Of a DNA stretch of 64,000 bases, positions 18,160 to 28,197 are shown piece by piece (position 1 is the stretch's first letter; each line of letters starts with the position of its first letter). The notes below the pieces were generated by a model that saw only the letters and a list, made by a program, of their open reading frames with translations, was not told the origin of the DNA and ran no database searches. The position numbers and the translations under genes were made by a program. The stretch spans positions 32,001 to 96,000 of the forward strand of contig JAYKHS010000004.1 of assembly GCA_035285865.1 (NCBI GenBank), written 5' to 3'. The stretch is from Candidatus Sericytochromatia bacterium (lineage in GTDB: Bacteria > Cyanobacteriota > Sericytochromatia > S15B-MN24 > VGJW01).

Positions 18160-20595
18160 TCAGTCCTCCTGACCGTCGTCGGCCACCATCGGGGCCACCC
18201 CGGCGATGCGGTCGTCGTCGCCCAGGCGCTGCAAACGCACGCCTTGGGTCATCCGGCCGTAACGGGCGATGTCGGCCACCTTCTGGCGAATGACGACGCC
18301 GTTGGTCGTCACGAGGACAATCTCGTCCTGGTCGCTGACGACCAGGATGTTGGCGACCTTGCCGCCCCGGTTGACATTGAGCTTCATGTTAATCAAGCCC
18401 AGGCCGCCACGGCCCTGAGGCCGGTATTCGGCAACCGGTGTGCGCTTGCCGTAGCCGTCCGTCGTCACGGAGAGCAGGTCGAGACTCTCCTGCGCCATGG
18501 CAAGGCCGACGACTTGATCCTCGGGCCTCAGCGTGATGGCACGGACCCCGCGTGCGGGACGCCCCAGAGGCCGCAGTTCGTCCTCGGGGAAGCGAATGGC
18601 CATGCCCTCAGCCGTCGCGATGACGACGTCGCTGTTGCCGTCCGTCGCCACGACCCAGCCGAGGCTGTCGCCTTCGTCGAGGTCGATGGCGATGATGCCG
18701 CTGCGCCGGATGCTTGAGAAGGCCGTCAGGTCGGTCTTCTTGATGGTTCCCTTGCACGTCAGCATCAGCAGGTAGCGGCCTTCCTCGAAGGCCTTGATGG
18801 GCACGACGGCCGTGACGACCTCGCCAGGACCCAGCGGCAGGAGGTTGGCGATGTTGGTGCCCTTGGCGGTCCGGCTGGCCTCGGGAATCTCGAAGGTCTT
18901 CAGCGAGTAGGCCTGGCCCCGGTTGGTGAAGAACAGGACCGGCTGGTGGGCCGTGCCGACGAAGAAGTGTCGGGTGAAGTCGCCTTCGCGGATGTTCATG
19001 CCCGTGACGCCCTTGCCGCCACGACCCTGCCGCTCGAAGGTGTCGGCGGCCAGACGCTTGATGTAGCCCTGGTCCGTGATGAAGACCGACATGGGCTCGT
19101 CAGGAATGAGGTCCTCGCGGCGGAATTCGCCGGGGTCATGTTCAAGGCGCGTGCGCCGCTCGTCCCCGTAGCGGGCGCGGACCTCGGCGACCTCTTCCTT
19201 GATCAGGGCGAGGACCTTGGCGCGGTCCGCGAGGATGGCGCGCAGCTCTTCAAGGCGGGCCCGCAGCTGGGCCGCCTCATCTTCGAGACGGCCGCGCTCC
19301 AGCTGTGTCAGGCGACGCAGCTGCATCTCGAGGATGGCGTTGGCCTGAATTTCGGTCAGGGCAAACCGCTCCATCAGACCGGTGCGGGCAGCGTCCGTGT
19401 TCTCGGCTCCGCGGATCAGCTTGATGACGGCATCGATATTCTCCTGGCAGATGAGGAGGCCTTCGACGATGTGGAGGCGTGCTTCGGCCTTGCGCCGCTC
19501 GTGGTCGGTACGCCGCGTGATCACCGTGACCCGATGGTCCCGGTAGTGGCCCAGCATTTCCTTCAGGGAAAGGATGCGCGGCTGGCCATCAACCAAGGCC
19601 AGGAAGGTGATGCCGAAGGTCGTCTGCAGGGCCGTCTGCTTGTATAGATTGTTGAGCACCACCTGGGGCACGGCATCGCGCTTGAGTTCGATGACGACGC
19701 GGATGCCCTCGCGATCGGACTCGTTCCGCAGGTCGGAGATGCCCTCGATCTTCTTGTCCTTGACCAGGTCGGCGATCTTGGCGATGAGCGGATCAGGACC
19801 CACCTGGTAGGGCAATTCGGTTGCCACGATGGCCATCCTGTTGTTCCGGATCTCCTCGATTTCACAGGTTGCCCGCAGCGTGATGGAGCCACGGCCGGAG
19901 GTGTAAGCCTCGCTGATGCCGCGTTGCCCGAGGATGGTGGCACCGGACGGGAAGTCGGGCCCCTTGATGTGGGCCATCAGGCCGGCTGCGTCGATGTCCG
20001 GGTCATCGATGAGCGCCACGAGGCCGTCCAGGACCTCGCGCAGGTTGTGCGGCGGGATGTTCGTGGCCATGCCGACGGCGATGCCGGCGGAGCCGTTGAC
20101 CAGCAGGTTCGGGATGCGGCTGGGCAGGACGCGCGGTTCCTCTGCGGTGCCGTCGTAGTTCGGCGTGAAGTCGACCGTCTCGGCGTCGATATCTGCCAGC
20201 AGTTCGCTGGCGATCCGCGAGAGGCGCGCTTCGGTGTAGCGATAGGCCGCCGCCGAGTCGCCGTCGAGCGAGCCGAAGTTGCCGTGCCCGTCGATCAGCG
20301 GGTAGCGGATGTTGAAGCTCTGGGCGAGGCGAACCATCGCGTCGTAGACGCTGGCGTCGCCATGGGGGTGGTACTTGCCCAGCACGTCGCCGACGACGGT
20401 GGCGCTCTTGCGATGCTTGCGGTCGCTGGTCAGGTTGTTCTCGCTCATCGAGAACAGGATCCGGCGATGGACAGGCTTGAGGCCGTCCCGGACATCCGGC
20501 AGGGCCCGGCCCACGATGACGCTCATCGCGTAGTCGAGGTAGCTCTGCTTGAGTTCCTCGCGGAGGCCGCGCGCCAAGACCCTGGATTCCGACAC
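18160..20595 (-). CDS. gyrA: DNA gyrase subunit A
   Basis: [24 protein letters not shown] catalytic Tyr, GyrA box QGRGGKG, C-terminal pinwheel repeats. Confidence 0.97.
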   Translation of the reverse strand: MSESRVLARGLREELKQSYLDYAMSVIVGRALPDVRDGLKPVHRRILFSMSENNLTSDRKHRKSATVVGDVLGKYHPHGDASVYDAMVRLAQSFNIRYPLIDGHGNFGSLDGDSAAAYRYTEARLSRIASELLADIDAETVDFTPNYDGTAEEPRVLPSRIPNLLVNGSAGIAVGMATNIPPHNLREVLDGLVALIDDPDIDAAGLMAHIKGPDFPSGATILGQRGISEAYTSGRGSITLRATCEIEEIRNNRMAIVATELPYQVGPDPLIAKIADLVKDKKIEGISDLRNESDREGIRVVIELKRDAVPQVVLNNLYKQTALQTTFGITFLALVDGQPRILSLKEMLGHYRDHRVTVITRRTDHERRKAEARLHIVEGLLICQENIDAVIKLIRGAENTDAARTGLMERFALTEIQANAILEMQLRRLTQLERGRLEDEAAQLRARLEELRAILADRAKVLALIKEEVAEVRARYGDERRTRLEHDPGEFRREDLIPDEPMSVFITDQGYIKRLAADTFERQGRGGKGVTGMNIREGDFTRHFFVGTAHQPVLFFTNRGQAYSLKTFEIPEASRTAKGTNIANLLPLGPGEVVTAVVPIKAFEEGRYLLMLTCKGTIKKTDLTAFSSIRRSGIIAIDLDEGDSLGWVVATDGNSDVVIATAEGMAIRFPEDELRPLGRPARGVRAITLRPEDQVVGLAMAQESLDLLSVTTDGYGKRTPVAEYRPQGRGGLGLINMKLNVNRGGKVANILVVSDQDEIVLVTTNGVVIRQKVADIARYGRMTQGVRLQRLGDDDRIAGVAPMVADDGQED

Positions 20596-20659
20596 CCCTG
20601 ACCTCCGTCGCCTTCGGGAAGGCCTTCCAGTCTACCACGCGCCCCCAGCCACACGGGGC

Positions 20660-20688
20660 TTGACGGGTGGGGGGCTGCGGGGCAAAAT
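20660..20688 (+). promoter_or_regulatory. Sigma70-type promoter of tRNA-Gln
   Basis: TTGACG-17 bp-CAAAAT, 11 bp upstream of the tRNA. Confidence 0.55.
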
Positions 20689-20699
20689 GACGCTTACGT

Positions 20700-20770
20700 T
20701 CCCCGCTCGTCTAATGGTAGGACCGCAGTCTCTGGATCTGCTTGTGGAGGTTCGAATCCTTCGCGGGGAG
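20700..20770 (+). tRNA. tRNA-Gln(CTG)
   Basis: TCCCCGC/GCGGGGA acceptor (U1-A72), D-loop TAATGGTA, anticodon CTG, GGTTCGAATCC; CCA not encoded. Confidence 0.92.
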
Positions 20771-20776
20771 CCTATG

Positions 20777-20812
20777 ACGGGGTTTTCGGAAGTTCGCTTC
20801 CGGAGACCCCGT
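20777..20812 (+). terminator. Intrinsic terminator after tRNA-Gln
   Basis: acggggttttcggaag-ttcg-cttccggagaccccgt followed by a T-rich tail. Confidence 0.75.
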
Positions 20813-20829
20813 TTGTATTGGGGCAGACC

Positions 20830-22467
20830 ATGACGACCCAGGGTTGCGGGCGAACTTGTGCGTGCGGGCACACACCGCAGGCAGCTTCTTCCGGGGACGT
20901 CGGCATCTGGTTCCTCGCGGGCCACCCCGGGGCCGGCAAGAGTAGCGTGGGACCGCTGCTCGCGGACCTGTGTGGCCTGCCTTTCACGGATTTGGACCAG
21001 TTCGTCGGGGAACGGGAGGGCCTTGCCCCCGATCTTTTCCTGAGACAGAAAGGTCTTGGGGCCTTCCGGGCTGCGGAGGCCCGGGCTCTCGCGGCCCTGC
21101 CCGGGATGGGGCCCCGGGTCGTGGCTCTGGGAGGGGGCACGTTGGAGCACGAGGTATCCCGAAGCCTCGTCGCTCGGCATGGCAAGACCGTCTGGCTCGA
21201 CGCGGCCCCGGCCATGCTCGAGCGACGCACCAAGGGGGGATTGCGTCCGCTGCTCGATGAACCCGGTGCGCTGGGAGCCTTGCTTGAGGCGCGCGAGGGT
21301 ACGCGCCGCGCCCAATTGCGGCGTCTGCCCGTCGGCCGCCGAGGTCCCGATGCGCTGGCGACCGCCTTGGCGGCCCGAATCCGGCCCGGCTGCGTTTCGC
21401 TGGCCGACTCGGCGCCGCACGACCTGAGGGTAGGGGCGGGGGCCTTCGAGGAAACGATGCGCCTTGCGGGCACCCGGGTGGCGCTCGTGACTTCTGCCCC
21501 CGTGCGGCGACGACACGGGGCTGCGGTCGAGGGGATGCTGCGGGACCTGGGACGGGACGTGGTCGTCTTCGAGGTGCCGGACGGCGAGGCAGCGAAGCGC
21601 TGGCCGGTGCTGGGCGCGCTGGTCGATGCCCTGCTGGCAGGCGGGTTCGGCAGGCACGACACGCTCGTGGCGCTTGGTGGCGGTACGGTGGGTGACGTTG
21701 CGGGTCTTGCGGCTTCGCTCGTCGGCCGCGGGATGCCGTGGCTGGTGCTGCCCACGACTTTGCTGGCGATGGTCGACGCCGCCATCGGTGGCAAGGTTGC
21801 CGTCAACCACCAGGCAGGGCGCAACCTGCTCGGAGCCTTCCATCAGCCTTTGGCCGTGGGCATCGAGCCGGCCTTTCTGGAGACACTACCGCCCCGGGCC
21901 TGGCGCAGCGGCATGGCCGAGGTGGTCAAGACGCTCTTTCTCGCAGGGGACGGTTGGCTCGCACGCTTGCGGACCATGCCCTCGGACCCGGCTTCCTGGG
22001 ATGCTGGGCAACTGCACGCCGTCCTCGAGGCCTGTGCCGGACACAAGGCGCGGGTGGTGCGTGCCGACCCGGACGAGCGGGGTGGACCACGCCTTCAACT
22101 CAACCTAGGTCATACGGTGGGACACGCGCTCGAGGCTGCAGCCCGGTACCGCGGCCTGACGCACGGAGAGGCCGTGGCCATCGGGATCCGGGCGGCCTGT
22201 CGCCTGTCCGAGGCCCTCGGTATCGGCAATCCGGGCCTCGAGGATCGGCTGACGGATGTCCTCGCGCACTTCGGGTTGCCGCTGACGCATGCCCAGGACC
22301 CGGACGCGGTCCTTCAGGCAATGCCCCGCGACAAGAAAGCCATGGACGGCCGGCTGCGCTGGATCCTGCCAGTCCGTGAAGGCCACGTCACGCTTTCGGG
22401 TGACGTGCCTCAGGATCTGGTTGCCAGAGTGGTGGTCGACCTGGCGGCCGCACCCTCCCGGCGATAA
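20830..22467 (+). CDS. aroB: Bifunctional shikimate kinase / 3-dehydroquinate synthase (AroK-AroB)
   Basis: GHPGAGKS, DLD, ALGGG, RPLL (AroK); GGGTVGD, PTTLLAMVDAAIGGK, LNLGHTVGHALE, HGEAV (AroB). Confidence 0.9.
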   Translation: MTTQGCGRTCACGHTPQAASSGDVGIWFLAGHPGAGKSSVGPLLADLCGLPFTDLDQFVGEREGLAPDLFLRQKGLGAFRAAEARALAALPGMGPRVVALGGGTLEHEVSRSLVARHGKTVWLDAAPAMLERRTKGGLRPLLDEPGALGALLEAREGTRRAQLRRLPVGRRGPDALATALAARIRPGCVSLADSAPHDLRVGAGAFEETMRLAGTRVALVTSAPVRRRHGAAVEGMLRDLGRDVVVFEVPDGEAAKRWPVLGALVDALLAGGFGRHDTLVALGGGTVGDVAGLAASLVGRGMPWLVLPTTLLAMVDAAIGGKVAVNHQAGRNLLGAFHQPLAVGIEPAFLETLPPRAWRSGMAEVVKTLFLAGDGWLARLRTMPSDPASWDAGQLHAVLEACAGHKARVVRADPDERGGPRLQLNLGHTVGHALEAAARYRGLTHGEAVAIGIRAACRLSEALGIGNPGLEDRLTDVLAHFGLPLTHAQDPDAVLQAMPRDKKAMDGRLRWILPVREGHVTLSGDVPQDLVARVVVDLAAAPSRR

Positions 22468-24044
22468 GTCCGGAAATCGATCTCGGGGAAGATGTTGTCG
22501 AGGTACTCGACCTTGGCGAGCCACGGCTCGTCCACCCGGCCGGCCCGGACCTGTTCGTAGAGGCGCTGGAAGCGCAGCAGATGCGTGCGGGTGCGCTTGT
22601 TCGCGTACTCGACCATGGTGCCCGTCTTCATGATGAAAGCCCAGTCCGATGACTGCGCCAGAAGCAGTTCGCGTGCCATCTGGTTCAGCGCACGCTCCTG
22701 CAGGGGAGAGATGCGGTCATCCGGATAGGCGGCAACCTCGATCATGCGCTCGGCAGCTTCATGCAGGTGAGGATAGATCCACGCGTTGGTATCGTTGAGC
22801 CAGAAGGAGGCGTAGCCTTCCGCGCCCCAGCTGGAGAGCGGCGGCGTCGCGACCTGCTGGACCGGATGGCGATCCAGATACTCGGCAGGCGTTGTCAGCC
22901 GCAGGGTCGATGACTCGGTCGCCACCTTGCGCAGCAGGTAGTTGAGGAAGTTCGGGCCCTCGTACCACCAGTGACCGTAGAGTTCGGCGTCGTAGGGCGA
23001 GATGACGACGGGCGGGCGACCCATGGCCGATGCCAGGTGAGAAATCTGCTGCTCCCGACACCACATGAAGTGCCCGGCGTGTTCCTTGGCGCGCTCGTCC
23101 GCGACGTGCGGGTCGTAGGGCAACTTCTGGTCGGTCTTGCCCGTGACGCGGTAGTACTTGATGCCCGTGTTCTTGCGATCGCCCGTCGGTTGGATGTACG
23201 GAGCGATGTACTCCAGGGGCAGGTCGTAGCCGACATCCCGGTAGAACTCACGATAGTTGTAGTCGCCGGGGTAACCCTCGTCCTTGGACCAGACCTGGCG
23301 GCTCGACTCGGCATCTCGGGCGAAGGCCGCCACGCCGGTGCCGGCGCAGTAGATCGGGGCGTGGGCGCCGTGCCGGGGACGCGGCGTGGCGTGGGTGATG
23401 CCGTGGGTGTCGGTGAAGAAGTACTTGATGCCTGCCTCGGCAAGGTACGCATCGACGCCCGGGAAGTAGCCGCATTCGGCCAGCCAGATGCCCCTCGGGC
23501 CCCGTCCGAAGTGATGGCGGTAGTGCCGGGCGGCGACCTGGATCTGTGCTCGGACTGCTTCGGGGTGCACCTGCATCAAGGGCAGGAAGCCGTGCGTGGC
23601 GCAGCAAGTGACGATCTCGAGCACGCCCAGGTCCTGGAACTTGCGGAAGGCCGTGACGATATTGCCCTTGTACTGGTCGACGAAGATGTGGCGGATGCGG
23701 CGGAAGCGGTCGAGGTAGAAGTCGGAGAGGCGCTGGAAGGCCTCGTCGCCGCGTGTCCGGACCTTCTCTTTCTCGGCAAGCTCGATCAGTTCGTCGATAT
23801 GGCGCACATAGCGACGCTGGAGAAGCGGATCCGTCAGCATGGCCACGAGGGGGGGCGTCATGGACATCGTGATGCGGAAGTCGATGCCATCGCGCACCAA
23901 CTCGTCATAGATGCTGATCAGCGGGACATAGGTCTCGGTGATGGCCTCGTAGAGCCAGTCTTCCTCGAGGAAGTGGCTGTGCTCCGGGTGGCGGACAAAA
24001 GGCAGGTGCGCGTGTAGCACCAGCGCAAGGTAACCCTTGGGCAT
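22410..24044 (-). CDS. GH57-family 1,4-alpha-glucan branching enzyme (DUF1957)
   Basis: HAHLPFV, WLAECG, DAELYGHWWYEG, ELLLAQSSDW. Confidence 0.9.
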   Translation of the reverse strand: MPKGYLALVLHAHLPFVRHPEHSHFLEEDWLYEAITETYVPLISIYDELVRDGIDFRITMSMTPPLVAMLTDPLLQRRYVRHIDELIELAEKEKVRTRGDEAFQRLSDFYLDRFRRIRHIFVDQYKGNIVTAFRKFQDLGVLEIVTCCATHGFLPLMQVHPEAVRAQIQVAARHYRHHFGRGPRGIWLAECGYFPGVDAYLAEAGIKYFFTDTHGITHATPRPRHGAHAPIYCAGTGVAAFARDAESSRQVWSKDEGYPGDYNYREFYRDVGYDLPLEYIAPYIQPTGDRKNTGIKYYRVTGKTDQKLPYDPHVADERAKEHAGHFMWCREQQISHLASAMGRPPVVISPYDAELYGHWWYEGPNFLNYLLRKVATESSTLRLTTPAEYLDRHPVQQVATPPLSSWGAEGYASFWLNDTNAWIYPHLHEAAERMIEVAAYPDDRISPLQERALNQMARELLLAQSSDWAFIMKTGTMVEYANKRTRTHLLRFQRLYEQVRAGRVDEPWLAKVEYLDNIFPEIDFRTYRREGAAARSTTTLATRS

Positions 24045-24079
24045 GAGAGCAGTCTCCTGGATGCCTTGGTGGGATGAAA

Positions 24080-25495
24080 TCAGCCCTGCCGCAGCAGGTT
24101 GACGCGGCCGTCGCCTTCCGTCTGGCGTCCGACGGTAATCGTGATGGCACGCTCGTCATCGCCGTCGGCGTTGAGGGCCCGGATGGGCATGGGGTGCGTG
24201 CCGTTCGGGAGGTGGAAGTGGAATCGGAACGTGCCATCGGCGTTGAGCTGGATGCGCTCACCGCGGAAGGTCACGACGGCATCCGGTTCGGTGGCGCCGT
24301 GGATGATGACCTCGGCGTCGGCAACCAGCCAGAAGCCCTTCGGGCGTGCACCGACGCCCGAGGCGAGCGGGGCCTGCTGGGACGGCGCCCAGACGTGACT
24401 CGACAGGTTGGCCGAGCTTGGCCCACCCGGGGAGTCCGGCAACGCACCGGCATCGACCCACGGGTTGTCCGCCGAGGACGGATTCTGGGCACGCGGCACC
24501 AACCGCGCGCGCATCAGGCGACTGGGCATTTCGGGCATGCCCGGTGACGGAGGGCCATGCGCCGCCTGGTCGTCCGTCCAATCCGGTTCGAGCCCGTCCG
24601 GCCAAGGCGTCTCGGCCGTGGTCCACTCCTCACGGGGTGGCAGCGTCGAGACACCATGAGGCCGGAACGAGGGTTCGTCGGCCGGGTCCACGAAACGATC
24701 GGCGACAATCGGACTGGGGCCGTCCGCAGGCACCTCGACGAGGTTGGAGACGGCCACCGTCTCGAACCCGCCGCTGCGGAACTGCAGGGCGACTTCGACC
24801 CGGTAGCTGCGGCCGTCGCCGGGCAGCCTCAGGTACCAGCTGCGCGCCGTGCCCGGGACGGGCACGTCGTAGAAGTAGCCGGGGTGGCGGCCGCCAGGTA
24901 CCCATTCCTGCACGCGCAGGATCAGGCGATGGTCGCCGCGCGCCTGAGCGCGGCCGATCGTGCCTCCGGAAAGATCCCAGTAGGCGTGGATCCAGTAGGG
25001 GTCGCGCACCAGCAGGACGGCCCGGTCCGTATCGTAGGACTGCGGCAGGTCGCCAAGCCCGTCGTCGACCGCCAGCAACTCATCGATTCGCGTCGTCGCC
25101 TTGAAGGCCGGGCGTGGGGTTTCCGCGTCGGGACTCCCCGATGCATCGGGTGCTTCGTCTGCGCCGGGTTCGCCGGCAGCCACGAACGCAGGTGCGGCCT
25201 CGGGCGTCGTTTCGGTGGCAGCGTCGGACTCCGGGGCAGTTTCGATCGTTGCGCCGGAAGGGGCTTCAGGTACCGCAGGCACAGAGGCGGCGGGTGCACC
25301 GGATGGCGACAGGCCCGTGTCGGGAGGGGACACGGGAGACCCGAGCAGGGCGCTCTTGACGGCATCGACGATGCCGGCCACGAGGCCGCGGCGGCGAGGC
25401 CGGGTTGCCGCCTTGGCGGCTGCCTGGGCGGGCTGGTCTGGGGTCGATTCGCGAGGCGTTTCGTCCACGGATCCTCCTGAGGCATGCGGGCTCAT
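24080..25495 (-). CDS. DUF4912 domain protein
   Basis: LPQSY..VLLVRDPYWIHAYWD, SWYL, VSN; C-terminal FWLVADAEVIIHGATEPDA; upstream of GH57. Confidence 0.8.
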   Translation of the reverse strand: MSPHASGGSVDETPRESTPDQPAQAAAKAATRPRRRGLVAGIVDAVKSALLGSPVSPPDTGLSPSGAPAASVPAVPEAPSGATIETAPESDAATETTPEAAPAFVAAGEPGADEAPDASGSPDAETPRPAFKATTRIDELLAVDDGLGDLPQSYDTDRAVLLVRDPYWIHAYWDLSGGTIGRAQARGDHRLILRVQEWVPGGRHPGYFYDVPVPGTARSWYLRLPGDGRSYRVEVALQFRSGGFETVAVSNLVEVPADGPSPIVADRFVDPADEPSFRPHGVSTLPPREEWTTAETPWPDGLEPDWTDDQAAHGPPSPGMPEMPSRLMRARLVPRAQNPSSADNPWVDAGALPDSPGGPSSANLSSHVWAPSQQAPLASGVGARPKGFWLVADAEVIIHGATEPDAVVTFRGERIQLNADGTFRFHFHLPNGTHPMPIRALNADGDDERAITITVGRQTEGDGRVNLLRQG

Positions 25496-25646
25496 GCCGA
25501 ACGGTTATGAAAAAACGGCGGGACGCGTCCCACCGTTGGAAGTGGAAGCCACGGTACCATCGCCAAGGGCCTGCATGCAAGTGTTCACGCAGTGTTCGGG
25601 CCAACTTCCCCGTAGGGAGAGGCTGCGGATGGGTACATGATCCAGG

Positions 25647-26225
25647 ATGCCCCGCCCTGCCCGCGGCAATGCGATCCTGATTGCCACCATCCTCGTCTCG
25701 GCACTCACCGTGACGACGTTGGGCGTCTCGCGCCTGCTGATGCGCCGGCTGGATCAGGAGCGTGTAAGCGGCCAGTTGCTGGGTGCCCAGGCCCACGCAT
25801 GCAACATGCGGGCCTATGCCGAATATGCCCGGGCGCTTGCCCTGGTCCCGGCTACCCTGCCCGCTGCCGTCGTGCCGGCGGTGACCATGCCCATCGTCGA
25901 CATGCCGGACTCTGGCGTCCTCTTGTCGTCGTCTCCGGCACCCCCGGGGCCTTCTCCGACGCCCGAGCCTATTCCTGTGGCATCGACAGCTTCCGTTACG
26001 GTCTTGCGCGAGGTCATCGAGGCGCGGGCCGATACGGTGGGGGGAAACGTCCTCCGACGCATCGTGCGCATTCGGTTTTCCTGCTCGCTCCGTACCCGTG
26101 CCGACAACAGCGAGGTCGGTCAGGTCTCCCGCAGCCTGCTGACGGAATTCGAGACCGTGCCCATCCAGGGCAGCGCGAATTCCCGCATCACGTCCAGGAT
26201 CGTCGACGGGGGCAACGCGCTGTGA
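25647..26225 (+). CDS. PilX/GspK-like minor pilin (putative)
   Basis: RG-NAILIATILV class III-like leader without E5; coupled to two prepilin genes. Confidence 0.5.
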   Translation: MPRPARGNAILIATILVSALTVTTLGVSRLLMRRLDQERVSGQLLGAQAHACNMRAYAEYARALALVPATLPAAVVPAVTMPIVDMPDSGVLLSSSPAPPGPSPTPEPIPVASTASVTVLREVIEARADTVGGNVLRRIVRIRFSCSLRTRADNSEVGQVSRSLLTEFETVPIQGSANSRITSRIVDGGNAL

Positions 26226-26731
26226 GGCTGTCCGGCCGGCCGCCACGGGGCTTCAACCTGCTTGAGGCGATGCTGGCCGGTGTCATCCTGGCCGGCGGCA
26301 CCGTGGCGCTGGCTCAGATGACGCGCGTCGTCTTTCGTCAGGTCGAGGCGCTGGAGCGGGACGAGGGTCATGCCACCATCGTGGAGCGGCTCGTGATGCA
26401 ACAGATTCAGGCAATCCTGACGCGGACGCCGCTGGAAGACGGTCGCCGCTTTCCCGTCATCCCGCCGCTCGTCGAGCCGTCCGGACTGGTCTATGAGGTG
26501 CGCGTGTCGCCCGCGGCGCAGGCCGGTTGTCAGGCCGACCCGAGCCTGCCCGGGGGCAATTTCCGCTGCAATGCGGTCACGGTTTTCGTCGTGCTCCGGC
26601 AGCCGGACTCGGTGACGGGCACGTATCCGGACCTGTCCCGGCTCTACAGGCTGGGGGAGGGCGTCCATGTGACACCGAGGGTCACGGTGTGGCCGAGGAA
26701 GGGATACCCATGGCTCCGACCGCTGCAGTAG
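26222..26731 (+). CDS. Type IV minor pilin (PilV-like)
   Basis: RG/FNLLEAMLAGVIL prepilin motif; GTGA overlap with upstream gene. Confidence 0.7.
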   Translation: MRLSGRPPRGFNLLEAMLAGVILAGGTVALAQMTRVVFRQVEALERDEGHATIVERLVMQQIQAILTRTPLEDGRRFPVIPPLVEPSGLVYEVRVSPAAQAGCQADPSLPGGNFRCNAVTVFVVLRQPDSVTGTYPDLSRLYRLGEGVHVTPRVTVWPRKGYPWLRPLQ

Positions 26732-27849
26732 GTCGTCCGCGGCGATGCTCGGCCGGCACCGGCGGATTCAGTCTGCTCGAGGTGCTGCTGTCCACCGTCA
26801 CGCTTGCCGGGCTGATGACGGGATTCATGTTGGTATACCGCAGTCAGGAAACCGTGCAGTTGCTGACTATCGATGCCGTTCGGCTGCCGGATCGCGCGGG
26901 CCAGGTACTCGCTCGGCTGGGAGCGGAGTCGGCTCTCGGCGCCGTGTGCTGGCCGGACGGCTACCAGGCTCAGGGAAACGGGGCCAATGCCTACCGCGAG
27001 AGGAACGGGGGCGGCTCTCCCATGCTGCCGAATTGGAACACCACCGCAAACCCTCTGCCGGCCACGATTCCGGCGGGCCTCGAGTTCGCGGCGGACAACG
27101 GCACGACCTTCGGCGAGGCGGCCGTGACCTTGCCTCGCTTGCGCCGGGAGTTCTCGCCGCTGGGGGGCACAGGCTTCCTCATGCGGACCGTTCGCTTCGT
27201 CTACGAGCCTGACAGTCCGCTGCCTTACAGCCAGCGCCCCGGGGGCCTGATGGTCTTCGACGAGGGCGCCGCCGACGGCGTCTGGCTGACCGGTCCATCC
27301 GAGGTGGCGACGATGTCCTTCTATTTTCCCGATGCCATCCGGGTCACGGCCATCACGGGCGGGAGCGTGGACGTCATGGGGCCGCCGGGCAGTGATTACC
27401 GGTCGCGTCAGGGGGTCGGACCGGCCATCACGATCGGAGCGGGCACGACTCCGGCCTTCACCATCCTTGGCGTGGCCAACGTGCCCAGAGGTGCGTCCGA
27501 AGATGTCATCGGCATGAATATCGAGACGCTGGCGGATCGGAGCGGTGCCTGGTTCAGGCCCGTGACGGGCGGCTACAACGCTCCCGGGTCGCCCGTACCC
27601 TTCGCGCCCGGCAAGCTCTTCCGCCTCGACATCGGCGGCAAGGTCGGCACCATCTGGGGCAATTGGGCCCTGCAGCCCCCGGCACCGGGCACAGCCTCCG
27701 TGACGCTGCACATGTACCCGATGAACAACGAGCAGACGCTGCCGAGCCTCTCCGTGGGAGTCTGGTTGCAGGTCCGCGGCCGGCCCCGCAGTCATCCGCT
27801 GCTGGTCCGGGATGTCTTCCCGGCGCAGGTCAGCCACATCGCCGAGTGA
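26710..27849 (+). CDS. Type IV minor pilin (PilW-like, large)
   Basis: GG/FSLLEVLLSTVTL prepilin motif followed by a long beta-rich domain. Confidence 0.7.
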   Translation: MAPTAAVGRPRRCSAGTGGFSLLEVLLSTVTLAGLMTGFMLVYRSQETVQLLTIDAVRLPDRAGQVLARLGAESALGAVCWPDGYQAQGNGANAYRERNGGGSPMLPNWNTTANPLPATIPAGLEFAADNGTTFGEAAVTLPRLRREFSPLGGTGFLMRTVRFVYEPDSPLPYSQRPGGLMVFDEGAADGVWLTGPSEVATMSFYFPDAIRVTAITGGSVDVMGPPGSDYRSRQGVGPAITIGAGTTPAFTILGVANVPRGASEDVIGMNIETLADRSGAWFRPVTGGYNAPGSPVPFAPGKLFRLDIGGKVGTIWGNWALQPPAPGTASVTLHMYPMNNEQTLPSLSVGVWLQVRGRPRSHPLLVRDVFPAQVSHIAE

Positions 27850-27857
27850 CTCGGGCG

Positions 27858-28181
27858 TCAGGTGCCCTGACCCAGCTTGCGCAACACGGCCTCGAGGTCG
27901 CCTACGAGAAACAGCTCTCCCTGGCCCGCTGCGAGATCCAGCTGCCGCTCGACCGCCGCAACCAGACGGTCCCGTTCGTCCGGTCGGAGCGACAGGCCCG
28001 ATTCTTCACCGAACCCTTGGGCCTCGGCCGCCTGCAACAGACGGTCGATCAGCGGGTCCATCGTCTCGGCCGCCGCTGCGACGGCCTCTTCGGTGTCCGC
28101 CGTCTCGGGGACGGTGCGCTCGGCAAGGAGCGCGGCGGTCAGCAGGCGCAGTTCGGCCAGGTCGCGCAGCTTCAGGAACAT
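27858..28181 (-). CDS. Hypothetical protein
   Basis: Protein-like helical ORF downstream of the ABC1 kinase, same strand; start uncertain. Confidence 0.5.
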   Translation of the reverse strand: MFLKLRDLAELRLLTAALLAERTVPETADTEEAVAAAAETMDPLIDRLLQAAEAQGFGEESGLSLRPDERDRLVAAVERQLDLAAGQGELFLVGDLEAVLRKLGQGT

Positions 28182-28197
28182 CGATCCGGTCCTCAGG

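Noticed and set aside
20726..20742. T-T mismatch at the base of the tRNA-Gln anticodon stem
   Set aside because: Single mismatch in an otherwise canonical tRNA with promoter and terminator; not evidence of recoding
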